Positions 1 through 10,315 of a DNA stretch of 60,072 nucleotides are shown here, one piece after another (the stretch's first letter is position 1; each line of letters starts with the position of its first letter). The stretch lies in contig DAOUQG010000001.1 in assembly GCA_030625765.1 (NCBI GenBank), positions 1 to 60,072 on the forward strand, written 5' to 3'. Position numbers and translations under genes: made by a program. A model generated the notes under the pieces. The model saw nothing but the letters and a program-made list of their open reading frames with translations. It ran no database searches and was not told the origin of the DNA. This DNA is from Thermohalobacteraceae bacterium (lineage in GTDB: Bacteria > Bacillota > Clostridia > Tissierellales > VENL01).

Positions 1-15
1 AAGGAGGTAAGAAAA

Positions 16-1020
16 TTGGCTGAAGTCTTATCCCAAAATGAAATCGATGCCCTTCTGGAAGCTTTAAGCTCTGGAGAAGTGGATGTCAATGAAATTGAAG
101 ACGGTGATTTGCAAAGGAAAGTCAAGAAATATGACTTTAGAAATCCACAAAAAATTGCAAAAGATCAATTAAGAACCTTGGAAATAATACATGAAAATTT
201 TGGAAGACTTCTTCAGACCTTCTTGTCAGGTTATTTAAGAGCACCAGTAAAAATTGAGGTTCTGACTGTTGACCAATTTGCCTATAGTGAGTTTAATAAT
301 GCAATCTCAAACCCTGCTTTCTTACCGATAATAGCTTTTAAACCGTTATCTGGACAAATAATAATGGATATTTCCACAAAAATTGCCTTTGCTATGATAG
401 AGCGACTACTTGGTGGAGACGGTGAGAGGAGTTCAGGAGGAAGAAGCTTTACAGAGATAGAATTAACATTACTAAATAGAGTTTTATCAAGGATAATTGA
501 AATTTTCGCTGATGCTTGGGAAAATGTTATAGCTTTAGAACCAATGCTTGAAAAGGTTGAGATTAACTCCCAATTTGCACAGATTGTTGCTCCTAATGAA
601 ACTGTAGCTCTTGTAACTATGAATGTTTCTATAGGTGCAGCAGAAGGTATGCTTAATATATGTATACCTCATATGGTTATAGAACCAATTTTAGATAAGT
701 TAAGCACAAAGTTGTGGTTTTCAAATACTCAGAAGATTGAGGGAGAAGATAATAAAGACAAAGAACTAATGTCCAATAGAATAAAAAAAGCTGCTGTGGT
801 AATAAAAGCGCAACTAGGATCTATTACAGCTAATATTAGGGATGTTGTAGATTTGAGTATTGGAGATGTTATAAGACTTGATAATACTCAGGATTCTAAA
901 ATTAATATTCTAGTTGGTAATATTAATAAGTTTAAAGGGATTCCAGGTACTAATAAGAATAGATTAGCTGTGAAGATTACAGATGTAAAAAAGGATGGTG
1001 ATGAAGGTTATGATAGGTGA
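16..1020 (+). CDS. fliM: flagellar motor switch protein FliM
   Basis: 334 aa with an N-terminal LSQNEIDALL CheY-P binding motif and a C-terminal SpoA/FliN-like region. TTG start lies 8 nt after AAGGAGG at 1-7. Followed by fliY. Confidence 0.95.
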   Translation: MAEVLSQNEIDALLEALSSGEVDVNEIEDGDLQRKVKKYDFRNPQKIAKDQLRTLEIIHENFGRLLQTFLSGYLRAPVKIEVLTVDQFAYSEFNNAISNPAFLPIIAFKPLSGQIIMDISTKIAFAMIERLLGGDGERSSGGRSFTEIELTLLNRVLSRIIEIFADAWENVIALEPMLEKVEINSQFAQIVAPNETVALVTMNVSIGAAEGMLNICIPHMVIEPILDKLSTKLWFSNTQKIEGEDNKDKELMSNRIKKAAVVIKAQLGSITANIRDVVDLSIGDVIRLDNTQDSKINILVGNINKFKGIPGTNKNRLAVKITDVKKDGDEGYDR

Positions 1021-2236
1021 TATGTTGTCTCAAGAAGAGATAGACGCTCTTTTAAAAGGCGATGATGATAGCAGTTACGATAGTCAAGATTATAACAATT
1101 ATAGTTTCGATAATATGTTAACAGATTATGAGAAAGATACATTGGGCGAAATTGGAAACATTAGCATGGGTACTTCTGCTACTACATTATTTACTTTGTT
1201 AGGTCAAAAGGTTGTAATTACTACTCCAGAGGTAAGTATGACTAATGTTGAAGAGTTAGCTATGCAATATCCTATACCATTTATTGCAGTAAATGTTAAG
1301 TATAAAAGAGGTTTAGAGGGAACCAATCTACTTATCTTGAAGGCTGATGACGTAAAAGTTATAACAGACATAATGATGGGTGGTAATGGTAAACTTACTG
1401 ATAGTGAAATAAATGAAATGGACATGAGTGCAATAAGTGAAGCTATGAATCAAATGGTTGGATCTTCAAGTACGTCTTTATCAGAGATGTTTTTGAACAA
1501 AATTGATATTGATCCACCTAGGGCTTTTCAAGTGAATTTTCATAAAGGAGAATGGGATTTTGAGATTTTTGAGTCTCAAGAACCTATTGTTAAAATATCA
1601 TTTAAAATGGTAGTTGGGGATATCATAGATAGTGAAATTATGCAACTTATTCCATATAATTTTGCTAAGACCATGGTTAACAAGCTTTCTTTTTTAAAAG
1701 AAGTTGAGAATAGTACCAATAATTCGCAACCTCAAATAAATCAACCTAGTTTAATGAAAGAAGAATTAAATCCAAGTATGGGAAATAGAAATCCAATGAG
1801 TAACAATGATTATCAAGATCATCAAGATCATAGTAATCTTGAGAGTGTTACAAATTTGAATATAGCAAATAATGAATATCAAGATAATTTAACAAAACCG
1901 CAAGAATTAAAACAAGAATCTGTTAATGTCAAAAAAGTTCAATTTGAGTCATTTGATAATAATCAAAATTCTATGTATAATGAAAGTATTGAAAGGATTC
2001 AAGAAATTCCAGTTGAAATAACTGTAGAATTAGGTAGAACTGTAAGGAAAATAAGTGAAATACTTGAATATGGACCTGGTACAATCATTGAATTGGACAA
2101 GCTTGTTGGGGAACCATTAGAAATTTATGCAAATGGAAAATACATTGCTAGAGGTGAAGTTGTTGTAATTGATGACAATTTTGGAGTAAGAGTTACAGAT
2201 ATTATTAATCCATCTAAGAGAATTTCAAAACTTTAA
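995..2236 (+). CDS. fliY: flagellar motor switch phosphatase FliY (CheC-like domain fused to FliN domain)
   Basis: Contains LSQEEIDALL, the CheC-type GEIGNISMGTSATTL motif, an N/Q-rich linker and a C-terminal FliN/SpoA domain (ITVELGRT...LEIYANGKYIARGEVVVIDDNFGVRV). The exact start is ambiguous among in-frame ATGs at 995, 1001, 1010 and 1022. Confidence 0.9.
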   Translation: MVMKVMIGDMLSQEEIDALLKGDDDSSYDSQDYNNYSFDNMLTDYEKDTLGEIGNISMGTSATTLFTLLGQKVVITTPEVSMTNVEELAMQYPIPFIAVNVKYKRGLEGTNLLILKADDVKVITDIMMGGNGKLTDSEINEMDMSAISEAMNQMVGSSSTSLSEMFLNKIDIDPPRAFQVNFHKGEWDFEIFESQEPIVKISFKMVVGDIIDSEIMQLIPYNFAKTMVNKLSFLKEVENSTNNSQPQINQPSLMKEELNPSMGNRNPMSNNDYQDHQDHSNLESVTNLNIANNEYQDNLTKPQELKQESVNVKKVQFESFDNNQNSMYNESIERIQEIPVEITVELGRTVRKISEILEYGPGTIIELDKLVGEPLEIYANGKYIARGEVVVIDDNFGVRVTDIINPSKRISKL

Positions 2237-2250
2237 AGGAGGAATTTTTT

Positions 2251-2613
2251 ATGGCAAATGGTATATTAATAGTTGATGATGCTGCATTTATGAGAATGAT
2301 GATTAAGGACATATTAACAAAGAATGGTTTTGAAGTAGTAGGAGAAGCTGAAAATGGCAAAATTGCAATAGATAAGTATAATGAATTAGATCCAGAATTA
2401 GTTGTTATGGATATAACTATGCCTGAAGTTGATGGAATTCAAGCAGTTAAACAAATTATGAGCATAAATTCACAAGCAAAGATTGTTATGTGTTCAGCAA
2501 TGGGACAACAAGCTATGGTTATAGAATCAATTCAAGCGGGTGCAAAAGATTTTATTGTTAAGCCTTTTCAAGCTGATAGAGTAATTGAAGCAGTAAAAAA
2601 AGCTATAGGGTAA
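2251..2613 (+). CDS. cheY: chemotaxis response regulator CheY
   Basis: 120 aa single receiver domain (ILIVDDAAFMR, DITMPEVDG, KPF). AGGAGG lies upstream. Confidence 0.93.
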   Translation: MANGILIVDDAAFMRMMIKDILTKNGFEVVGEAENGKIAIDKYNELDPELVVMDITMPEVDGIQAVKQIMSINSQAKIVMCSAMGQQAMVIESIQAGAKDFIVKPFQADRVIEAVKKAIG

Positions 2614-2615
2614 AT

Positions 2616-3176
2616 ATGAAATTGAAAGTAAAAATTTTTACAAGTACACTTATTTTAATGTTTTTACAGAAATCCTTTGTTTATAGTTCTAATAATATTG
2701 CGAATGAAGAACCAGATATTATATCACTAACATTTAAATTATTATTTTATTTGTTAGTTTTTGTAGGTGTTATTTTACTTACGTTTTATGGTACTAAGTT
2801 TCTTGCCAAACATTCAAAAAAAATAGGTAAGACTAACAATATTGAGACGCTTGAGTATCTTAACTTAGGAAATAATAATAAAATATTAGCTATCAAAATG
2901 TATAAAAGAATTTATATTTTAGCTATTAACAATAACACTACAACTGTTATTGATAAGATTGATGAAAATGAAATTGATTTAAATTGTGTGGAATCGTCCA
3001 AACAAGAGAATAAATTTCAAAATCAGCTCGATTCAATACTTAATTCTACTGACGATGAACAAAATTCAAGTCTAAACACAAAACTATTAGGCATGAAAAT
3101 GAAGGTTCTAAAATTAAAAAATAGTCAGTATAAAGAGATGGAAAGTAAGGAAGAAGAATATGAAAAAGATTATTAA
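2616..3176 (+). CDS. fliO: flagellar biosynthesis protein FliO/FliZ-like (membrane protein)
   Basis: 186 aa with hydrophobic segments. It sits between cheY and fliP, as in the Bacillus fla/che operon. The assignment is mainly positional. Confidence 0.6.
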   Translation: MKLKVKIFTSTLILMFLQKSFVYSSNNIANEEPDIISLTFKLLFYLLVFVGVILLTFYGTKFLAKHSKKIGKTNNIETLEYLNLGNNNKILAIKMYKRIYILAINNNTTTVIDKIDENEIDLNCVESSKQENKFQNQLDSILNSTDDEQNSSLNTKLLGMKMKVLKLKNSQYKEMESKEEEYEKDY

Positions 3177-3894
3177 AAAAACTACATTATTAATTATTAT
3201 TTTTTTTCTCTTTTCTACAATAAATACATATGCTGATACCTTTGAAATTAGAGACTATGCTCCGAGTATACAATTAGTAGTGTTATATACAATCTTAGCT
3301 TTAATACCAGCGATTGTGATTATGATGACTAGCTTTACTAGGATTATTATTGTATTATCTTTTATAAAGAATGCAGTAGGAACCCAACATACTCCACCAA
3401 ATCAGGTGTTAATAGGACTAGCCCTCTTTCTCACGTTATTTATAATGACTCCAATTTTTGCTGAAATTAATGATGAAGCATTACAACCATATTTGAGTGA
3501 AGAAATTGGACAAGATATAGCCATTGAGAGGGCAATGAAGCCTTTAAGAGAATTTATGCTTAATCAACAGAAAGATACAAAGGATTTATCACTATTTATG
3601 GAGATCGCGCATATTGAAATTACTGATGATATGAGTGCAGAAGATATTCCAAATAGAGTATTAATTCCTGCTTTTATAATAGGAGAATTAAGAATTGCTT
3701 TTCAAATGGGATTTTTATTGTTTATTCCTTTTCTAGTAATAGATATGATTGTAGCCAGTACTCTGATGTCTATGGGTATGATGATGCTTCCTCCTGTTAT
3801 GATATCATTACCTTTTAAAATATTACTTTTTATCCTAGTAGATGGATGGCACTTTGTTATAAGTTCCTTAGTTAAAAGTTTTAAGTTTGGATAA
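3160..3894 (+). CDS. fliP: flagellar type III export apparatus protein FliP
   Basis: 244 aa polytopic membrane protein with FliP-family sequence (PPNQVLIGLALFLTLFIMTP, FLIPFLVIDMIVAS). Confidence 0.95.
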   Translation: MKKIIKKTTLLIIIFFLFSTINTYADTFEIRDYAPSIQLVVLYTILALIPAIVIMMTSFTRIIIVLSFIKNAVGTQHTPPNQVLIGLALFLTLFIMTPIFAEINDEALQPYLSEEIGQDIAIERAMKPLREFMLNQQKDTKDLSLFMEIAHIEITDDMSAEDIPNRVLIPAFIIGELRIAFQMGFLLFIPFLVIDMIVASTLMSMGMMMLPPVMISLPFKILLFILVDGWHFVISSLVKSFKFG

Positions 3895-3911
3895 TTTGAG
3901 GAGTGATTATC

Positions 3912-4181
3912 TTGAATGAAGGTGAAATTATAAAAATAGCACAAGAAGCTGTTAAAACAATCTTGATGGCTTCAGCACCGATGCTTGGATTTGGACTTCT
4001 TGTTGGATTATTAGTAAGTATTTTTCAAGCTACTACTCAAATTCAAGAAGCTACCTTAGCATTTATACCAAAAATACTTGCAGTTTTAATTTCTTTTATT
4101 TTTTTTGGTCCATGGATATTAAAGCTAGTTGTAGGTTTTACTCAAAGTATTTTTATGAATATGGATCAGTATATCCAATAA
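3912..4181 (+). CDS. fliQ: flagellar export apparatus protein FliQ
   Basis: A TTG at 3912, 8 nt after GAGGAG (3898-3903), gives the canonical 89 aa FliQ with the conserved VSIFQATTQIQEATLAFIPK. The track ORF starts 3 codons earlier at GTG 3903. Confidence 0.92.
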   Translation: MNEGEIIKIAQEAVKTILMASAPMLGFGLLVGLLVSIFQATTQIQEATLAFIPKILAVLISFIFFGPWILKLVVGFTQSIFMNMDQYIQ

Positions 4182-4196
4182 CATTAGGGTGAAATT

Positions 4197-4979
4197 ATGG
4201 ATGAATTAATTGACATAATACTAAATAAATACCAAATTTTTCTTTTGATTTTTATTAGAATTACAGGAATATTTGTAATTGCACCTATTTTTAGCAGACC
4301 AAATATTCCTAAAATTTTAAAAATTGGGTTTGCTTTTTTTATTTCTTTATTGATGTTCAATATACTAGAAAATGAGAATTTTACGCTTTCTGAAATTAGT
4401 ATGGTTATTTTAATAATTAAAGAATTAGCAATAGGATTGGTAATTGGTTTTCTTTCTTATATATTTTTCACATCGCTTTATATTGCAGGGCAGATTATTG
4501 ACATGCAGATTGGCTTTGGAATGGTTAACGTTTTAGATCCACAACACAATATCCAATTACCTATTATGGGAAATTTTTATTATATTATTGCTATTTTATT
4601 ATTTCTTACTACTAATGGCCATTATTTATTAATAAAAGCCCTAGTAGATAGCTATAGTTTAATTCCTCTTGGACATTTTGTTTTTAGTGATGCTTTATTC
4701 AGTCAGATGGTTGGAGTTATTGGACAAGTTTTCCTACTAGGTTTTAAAATTGCATGTCCAATTGTGGTTACAATATTCTTAGCTAACGCTTTATTAGGTA
4801 TCTTAGCAAGAACAATGCCTCAAATGAATGTATTTATAGTAGGAATGCCGTTAAAAATCTTTATTGGAATAGGAGTTATATTTTTTACATTACCGATTTT
4901 TTCTTCGATTTTAGGAAGCCTATTTAGCAATATGTTAAAGGAAATAGATGCTTTTATGAAGATAATTTCTAAAGGATGA
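4197..4979 (+). CDS. fliR: flagellar export apparatus protein FliR
   Basis: 260 aa polytopic membrane protein in the fliPQR order. Confidence 0.92.
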   Translation: MDELIDIILNKYQIFLLIFIRITGIFVIAPIFSRPNIPKILKIGFAFFISLLMFNILENENFTLSEISMVILIIKELAIGLVIGFLSYIFFTSLYIAGQIIDMQIGFGMVNVLDPQHNIQLPIMGNFYYIIAILLFLTTNGHYLLIKALVDSYSLIPLGHFVFSDALFSQMVGVIGQVFLLGFKIACPIVVTIFLANALLGILARTMPQMNVFIVGMPLKIFIGIGVIFFTLPIFSSILGSLFSNMLKEIDAFMKIISKG

Positions 4980-4984
4980 TATGA

Positions 4985-6091
4985 ATGATAGAGCTTGAGT
5001 ATAAAATCAATCTTCAATTATTTGCGGATGAAGAAAAGACAGAAAAAGCTACCCCTAAGAAAAGAAGAGAATCTAGAGAAAAAGGTCAAGTTCTTAAAAG
5101 TCAAGAGGTTAATTCAGCACTATTATTAATAGTATCCTTTATAAGTCTAAAAATATTTGGAAAATATATGTATGGAAAAATTTATGGTTTTACTAACTAT
5201 TTTTTCAACAAATTCAGTACTCTAGATGATTTGTTTACAATTAAAGGGATTAACAATATGTTTTATGAAATTATTGTTATTACTGCTCAAATTGTTGCAC
5301 CAATTGCGTTAGCTGCAATATTAGCAGGACTTGTTGCAAATTATATGCAGGTTGGATTTTTATTTACAACTAAAACACTTGGAGTAAAATTTAGTCGAAT
5401 AAACCCTATTGAAGGATTTAAGAAAATTTTTTCTCCAAGATCTCTGGTTGAACTTCTAAAATCATTTATAAAAGTTTTTGTTATTGGGTATGTTGTTTTT
5501 TCATATTTGATGAAAAAGATCAATATTATTTACAAGCTCTTTGATATGAGTTTAGGCGCAGTAATTACTTTCATAGGAGATATTACTTTTCAGGTTGCTA
5601 TGAGAGCTGGAGGAGTTTTAGTAGTAATAGCAATAATTGATTACTTATATCAATGGTGGGATCATGAGAAGAATTTAAAAATGAGTAAGAAAGAGATTAA
5701 AGAAGAATATAAGCAGAATGAAGGAGATCCACAAATTAAGTCTAAGATTAAAGAAAAACAAAGACAAATCGCAATGAGAAGAATGATGCAGGATGTACCA
5801 AAAGCTGATGTTATTATCACAAACCCTACTCATTACGCGATTGCTTTGAAATACGATAAACATAAATCAGATGCACCATATATATTAGCTAAAGGAATGA
5901 ATTTAGTAGCTGAGAACATAAAAAAGACTGCTAAAGAAGCTGAAATACCAATTGTAGAAAATAAGCCTCTTGCACAAGCATTATATAAAAGTGTTGAAAT
6001 TGGCGATATTATTCCGGAAGATTTGTATCAAGCTGTTGCAGAAGTATTAGCTTATGTATTTGGACTAAGAGATAATCAAGGAGGATTATAA
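4985..6091 (+). CDS. flhB: flagellar export switch protein FlhB
   Basis: N-terminal FADEEKTEKATPKKRRESREKGQV and the NPTH autocleavage site (VIITNPTHYAIALKY). Confidence 0.95.
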   Translation: MIELEYKINLQLFADEEKTEKATPKKRRESREKGQVLKSQEVNSALLLIVSFISLKIFGKYMYGKIYGFTNYFFNKFSTLDDLFTIKGINNMFYEIIVITAQIVAPIALAAILAGLVANYMQVGFLFTTKTLGVKFSRINPIEGFKKIFSPRSLVELLKSFIKVFVIGYVVFSYLMKKINIIYKLFDMSLGAVITFIGDITFQVAMRAGGVLVVIAIIDYLYQWWDHEKNLKMSKKEIKEEYKQNEGDPQIKSKIKEKQRQIAMRRMMQDVPKADVIITNPTHYAIALKYDKHKSDAPYILAKGMNLVAENIKKTAKEAEIPIVENKPLAQALYKSVEIGDIIPEDLYQAVAEVLAYVFGLRDNQGGL

Positions 6092-8121
6092 TGAAATTTG
6101 GAGATGTTGTTGTTGCAATAGCAGTTATTCTTATAGTAATAATTATAATAATCCCTATACCAAAGACCGCTTTAGATATCCTTCTAAGCTTAAATATCAC
6201 ATTGGCATTATTAATATTATTAATATCTATGTACATTAAAGATGCTCTACAGTTTTCTATTTTTCCATCTTTATTATTAATTACAACTATTTTTAGGATA
6301 GCATTAAATATATCTACAACAAGGTATATTTTAGGCGAAGGAGATGCGGGGAAGGTAATTGAAGCGTTTGGTAACTTTGTTATTCAAGACAATGTTGTAG
6401 TTGGAATTATAGTTTTCTTAATAATTGTTATTGCTCAGTTTCTCGTTATAACTAAAGGATCTGAGAGAGTAGCAGAGGTAGCTGCAAGATTCACATTAGA
6501 TGCAATGCCTGGTAAACAGATGGCTATAGATGCAGATCTAAATTCAGGACTTATTACAGAAGAAGAAGCAAGAGTTAGAAGGAAAGAAATTCAACAATCT
6601 GCAGATTTTTATGGAGCTATGGATGGTGCTAGTAAATTTGTTAAAGGAGACGCCATCTTTGGTATTGTAACAACATTTCTAAACATTAGTGCAGGTTTAG
6701 TTATTGGAATTGCCATCAATAAAATGGCTTTTGCTGATGCCATGTCGAAGTATACTTTATTAACTATTGGAGATGGACTTGTTAGTCAGATTCCAGCTCT
6801 AATAATTTCTACCGGTACTGGTATTGTGGTTACTAGGGCTGCATCAGAAGCGAATTTAGGACAAGATGTAATAAAGCAGCTTTTTGGACAAAGCCCAAGA
6901 ATTATGTATATTATTGGTGGGGTTTTGCTTTTTCTTGGATTGTTTACTCCTCTCCCCAAATTACCGTATATTGTAATTGCATCTTTATTAGTGGTATCAG
7001 GGTATAGATTACAGTCTAATATTAAGAGAGAAGAAGAACAAGAAATCGTTTCACAAGAAGAAGAGGTTGAGGAAATCAGAAAACCAGAAAATGTTATGTC
7101 GTTATTAAGAGTTGAAGATATTGAGATGGAATTTGGATATGGAATTATCCCTTTAGCTGATTCTAATCAGGGGGGAGATTTATTAGATAGAATTGTTATG
7201 ATAAGAAGGCAAATTGCTTTAGAATTAGGTATTGTAGTACCTATAGTTAGATTAAGAGATAACATACAATTAAATCCAAATGAATATGTAATAAAGATAA
7301 AAGGTAATGAGATATGCAGAGGAGAAGTAATGTTTGATTATTACTTAGCAATGGATCCTGGCACTTCTCAAGGAGAAATCAACGGTATAGATACAATTGA
7401 GCCTGCATTTGGATTACCAGCGAAGTGGATAACAGAAGAAGAGAGAGAAAAGGCTGAGATATTAGGATACACGGTTGTAGATTTACCATCTATGATTGCA
7501 ACGCATTTAACTGAAATCATTAGGAGAAATGCTCATGAGTTATTTGGTAGACAAGATGTTAAAATGCTTATTGATAATGTAAAGGAAGAGTATCCTGCAT
7601 TAGTTGATGAAGTTGTTCCTAAACTATTTTCAATTGGCGAAATTCAAAGAGTATTATCTAATTTGATTAAAGAAAATATCTCTATTAGAAATATGGTTTC
7701 TATACTTGAAACTTTGGCTGACTATGGAACTGTTACAAGAGACCCAGATATGTTAACAGAATATGTTAGACAAAAATTGTTTAGATATATTACAAATAAG
7801 TATGTACAAGCAAACAGCTTAAAGGTAATAACTTTAGATGGACAACTAGAGCAACTGATGATGGATTCTATCAGGCAGACTGAAGCTGGTTCATATTTAT
7901 CTTTAGCTCCAGATATTGTACAGAGAGTTTTAAACAGCTTATTGTTAAATATTGAGAAATTAACTTCTATTGGAGAACAACCAATAGTGTTAACCGCACC
8001 TATTGTAAGGATATATTTTAAAAGATTAACTGAACAAGCAACTGAGGATTTGATTGTATTATCTTATAATGAAATAGATTCTTCGGTTGAGGTTCAATCT
8101 ATAGGGATGGTGACTATGTAA
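6091..8121 (+). CDS. flhA: flagellar export gate protein FlhA
   Basis: 676 aa FHIPEP-family protein (RFTLDAMPGKQMAIDADL) with a large cytoplasmic C-domain. Confidence 0.96.
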   Translation: MKFGDVVVAIAVILIVIIIIIPIPKTALDILLSLNITLALLILLISMYIKDALQFSIFPSLLLITTIFRIALNISTTRYILGEGDAGKVIEAFGNFVIQDNVVVGIIVFLIIVIAQFLVITKGSERVAEVAARFTLDAMPGKQMAIDADLNSGLITEEEARVRRKEIQQSADFYGAMDGASKFVKGDAIFGIVTTFLNISAGLVIGIAINKMAFADAMSKYTLLTIGDGLVSQIPALIISTGTGIVVTRAASEANLGQDVIKQLFGQSPRIMYIIGGVLLFLGLFTPLPKLPYIVIASLLVVSGYRLQSNIKREEEQEIVSQEEEVEEIRKPENVMSLLRVEDIEMEFGYGIIPLADSNQGGDLLDRIVMIRRQIALELGIVVPIVRLRDNIQLNPNEYVIKIKGNEICRGEVMFDYYLAMDPGTSQGEINGIDTIEPAFGLPAKWITEEEREKAEILGYTVVDLPSMIATHLTEIIRRNAHELFGRQDVKMLIDNVKEEYPALVDEVVPKLFSIGEIQRVLSNLIKENISIRNMVSILETLADYGTVTRDPDMLTEYVRQKLFRYITNKYVQANSLKVITLDGQLEQLMMDSIRQTEAGSYLSLAPDIVQRVLNSLLLNIEKLTSIGEQPIVLTAPIVRIYFKRLTEQATEDLIVLSYNEIDSSVEVQSIGMVTM

Positions 8122-9422
8122 TGAAAATAAGAAGATATATTGGAACTACAACTCAGGAAGCTATGAGTAAATTGAGAAAGGAATTGGGTTCAGAAGCAAT
8201 TATTTTACATACTAGAAAGATTAAAAAATCTGGTTTTTTTGGAGTTTTAAAAAAATCATTGATTGAAATTGTTGCTGCAATTGATGATGATAATAACAAG
8301 AATACAACTCGTACTCCTAAAATACATTATACTTATAATGATATTAGTAGAAATACATCTAGTACATCTAGTACTTCAAGTACATCAAGCAATATAGCAA
8401 GAGATATTTCGAGTAGCCCTGTTAAAGATGCAACGAAAGATTTACCACTAGATATGAATGTTAGAACTACCTCAGAATCTACTATGAGCAGATTATCTAA
8501 TAATATGAAAAATAATAATACTAGTAACAATGAGGAAATTAATAAAGAAATCAAAAAGCTTAGAGGCACTATGGAAGGATTTATGAAGAGCTTTGAAAGT
8601 AAGCTTTATAAAAACTTTTACTTACCTGAAAAACTTAGATATTATAAAGATGTCTTATTAATCAATGGCGTGAATGAAGTAGTTGTTAACAGTATATTGG
8701 GCAATATTGATAAACATGTGAGTTTAGATAATAAAAGCGATGAAGAAATAAGAGAAATCGTCAAATTTAATATAACTGGATTTTTAGGTAATCCTTCTCC
8801 AATCAGATATAATGGAGAGCAAAAGATTGTCTTTTTTATTGGACCTACTGGAGTTGGCAAAACTACTACATTAGCTAAATTAGCTGCTTATTATACTTTG
8901 GAAAAAAAGTTAAATATTGGTCTTGTAACTGCTGATACTTATAGAATAGCAGCAGTTGAACAACTTAAGACATATAGCGATATTTTAGATATACCTATAA
9001 AAATAATATACGAGAAAAAGGATTTTTATGAAGTTTTATCGAATTTTAAAGATAAGGACCTAGTTTTTGTTGATTCAGCAGGAAGAAATCATAAAGATGA
9101 TTTTCAAATGAATGAAATCAAGGAATTGCTTGAAATAGTAAAAGATAAGGAAATATATATAGTTTTGAGTGCTACAACAGATTTAGAAGGTATAAAAGAG
9201 ATTTTAAAGCAATATGAGTTTATTGATGATTTTAAACTGATTTTTACAAAAATTGATGAAGCCCACAGTCCTGGTGTTATACTTAATACGAAGTTTTATA
9301 CGCAAAAATCATTGTCATATTTTACAACTGGTCAAAATGTACCAGAAGATATTGAGATTGCTAACATAACAAAACTAAGTAATGAATTGATTGGGGAGTC
9401 AAAAGATGAGAGATCAAGCTGA
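8121..9422 (+). CDS. flhF: flagellar SRP-like GTPase FlhF
   Basis: C-terminal NG-type GTPase (GPTGVGKTTTLAKLAA, DSAGR, TKIDE) and a low-complexity S/T/N-rich N-terminal half. Confidence 0.92.
   Translation: MKIRRYIGTTTQEAMSKLRKELGSEAIILHTRKIKKSGFFGVLKKSLIEIVAAIDDDNNKNTTRTPKIHYTYNDISRNTSSTSSTSSTSSNIARDISSSPVKDATKDLPLDMNVRTTSESTMSRLSNNMKNNNTSNNEEINKEIKKLRGTMEGFMKSFESKLYKNFYLPEKLRYYKDVLLINGVNEVVVNSILGNIDKHVSLDNKSDEEIREIVKFNITGFLGNPSPIRYNGEQKIVFFIGPTGVGKTTTLAKLAAYYTLEKKLNIGLVTADTYRIAAVEQLKTYSDILDIPIKIIYEKKDFYEVLSNFKDKDLVFVDSAGRNHKDDFQMNEIKELLEIVKDKEIYIVLSATTDLEGIKEILKQYEFIDDFKLIFTKIDEAHSPGVILNTKFYTQKSLSYFTTGQNVPEDIEIANITKLSNELIGESKDERSS
8355..8390 (+). repeat. 4 x 9-nt imperfect in-frame tandem repeat inside flhF (encodes a Ser/Thr run)
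   Basis: The units read acatctagt / acatctagt / acttcaagt / acatcaagc directly from the sequence. They lie within the TSSTSSTSSTSS tract. Confidence 0.8.
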
Positions 9423-10311
9423 GAAATTAAGACAATTAATCATGGATTCAAAAACAGGGAGCAATAAATCTCATGATAAAGATTCAGTTAAGAGTAAAAC
9501 CAGAGTTTTAGCTGTGACAAGTGGTAAGGGTGGAGTAGGTAAAACAAATTTTTCTATAAATATAGGTATTTCTTTATGTAACCTTGGGTACAAAGTTGTT
9601 ATTTTTGACGCAGATATTGGATTTGCAAATATTGATGTTATTCTTGGAGTTGTGCCTAAGTACACAATAGCTGATATTTTGGATGGTAGCAAGGATATTC
9701 TAGATATTTTAACTGAAGGACCAAATGGAATAAAATTAATAGCTGGTGGCTCTGGAATTCAAACATTATTTAATATAGACAAGCAGAAGCTTGATGTATT
9801 AATTCATCAACTGCAGAAGCTGGAGAATTATGCGGATTTTATTATTATTGATACTGGAGCTGGATTATCCAATACTGTATTGAACTTTGTGAATGCTTCT
9901 GATGAAGTAATACTAATTACAACACCTGAGCCTACTGCGTTAACAGATGTATATGCTATGATAAAAACCTTAAAGGCTAATCGAGAACACGATATTTTAA
10001 ATGTTGTAATAAACAAGGCAAGAGATAGTGTTGAGGCTAATGAAGTATTTAGTAGATTAAGCAAGGTTTCAAATAAATTTTTAAACATTAAGATTGAAAA
10101 TCTTGGATATGTTAATGACAGTAAATTGGTTATGCAATCTGTAAAGAATCAGGATCCTTTCATTCTTTCATATCCAAATTCAACTATTGCAAAAAATATT
10201 AATGAAATTGCATTAAGAATATCAGGTAGTAAACAAGCAACTAAAAAAGAATTTGGGATTAGTAATTTCGTTAGAAAATTTAAAAGCCTGCTCATGAAGG
10301 AGGATACATAG
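9406..10311 (+). CDS. flhG: flagellar number regulator FlhG/YlxH (MinD/ParA-type ATPase)
   Basis: Deviant Walker A motif VTSGKGGVGKTN. ATG at 9406 follows GGGGAG, and MRDQAEKLRQL resembles the YlxH N-terminus. The track ORF starts at TTG 9391. Confidence 0.9.
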   Translation: MRDQAEKLRQLIMDSKTGSNKSHDKDSVKSKTRVLAVTSGKGGVGKTNFSINIGISLCNLGYKVVIFDADIGFANIDVILGVVPKYTIADILDGSKDILDILTEGPNGIKLIAGGSGIQTLFNIDKQKLDVLIHQLQKLENYADFIIIDTGAGLSNTVLNFVNASDEVILITTPEPTALTDVYAMIKTLKANREHDILNVVINKARDSVEANEVFSRLSKVSNKFLNIKIENLGYVNDSKLVMQSVKNQDPFILSYPNSTIAKNINEIALRISGSKQATKKEFGISNFVRKFKSLLMKEDT

Positions 10312-10315
10312 TAAA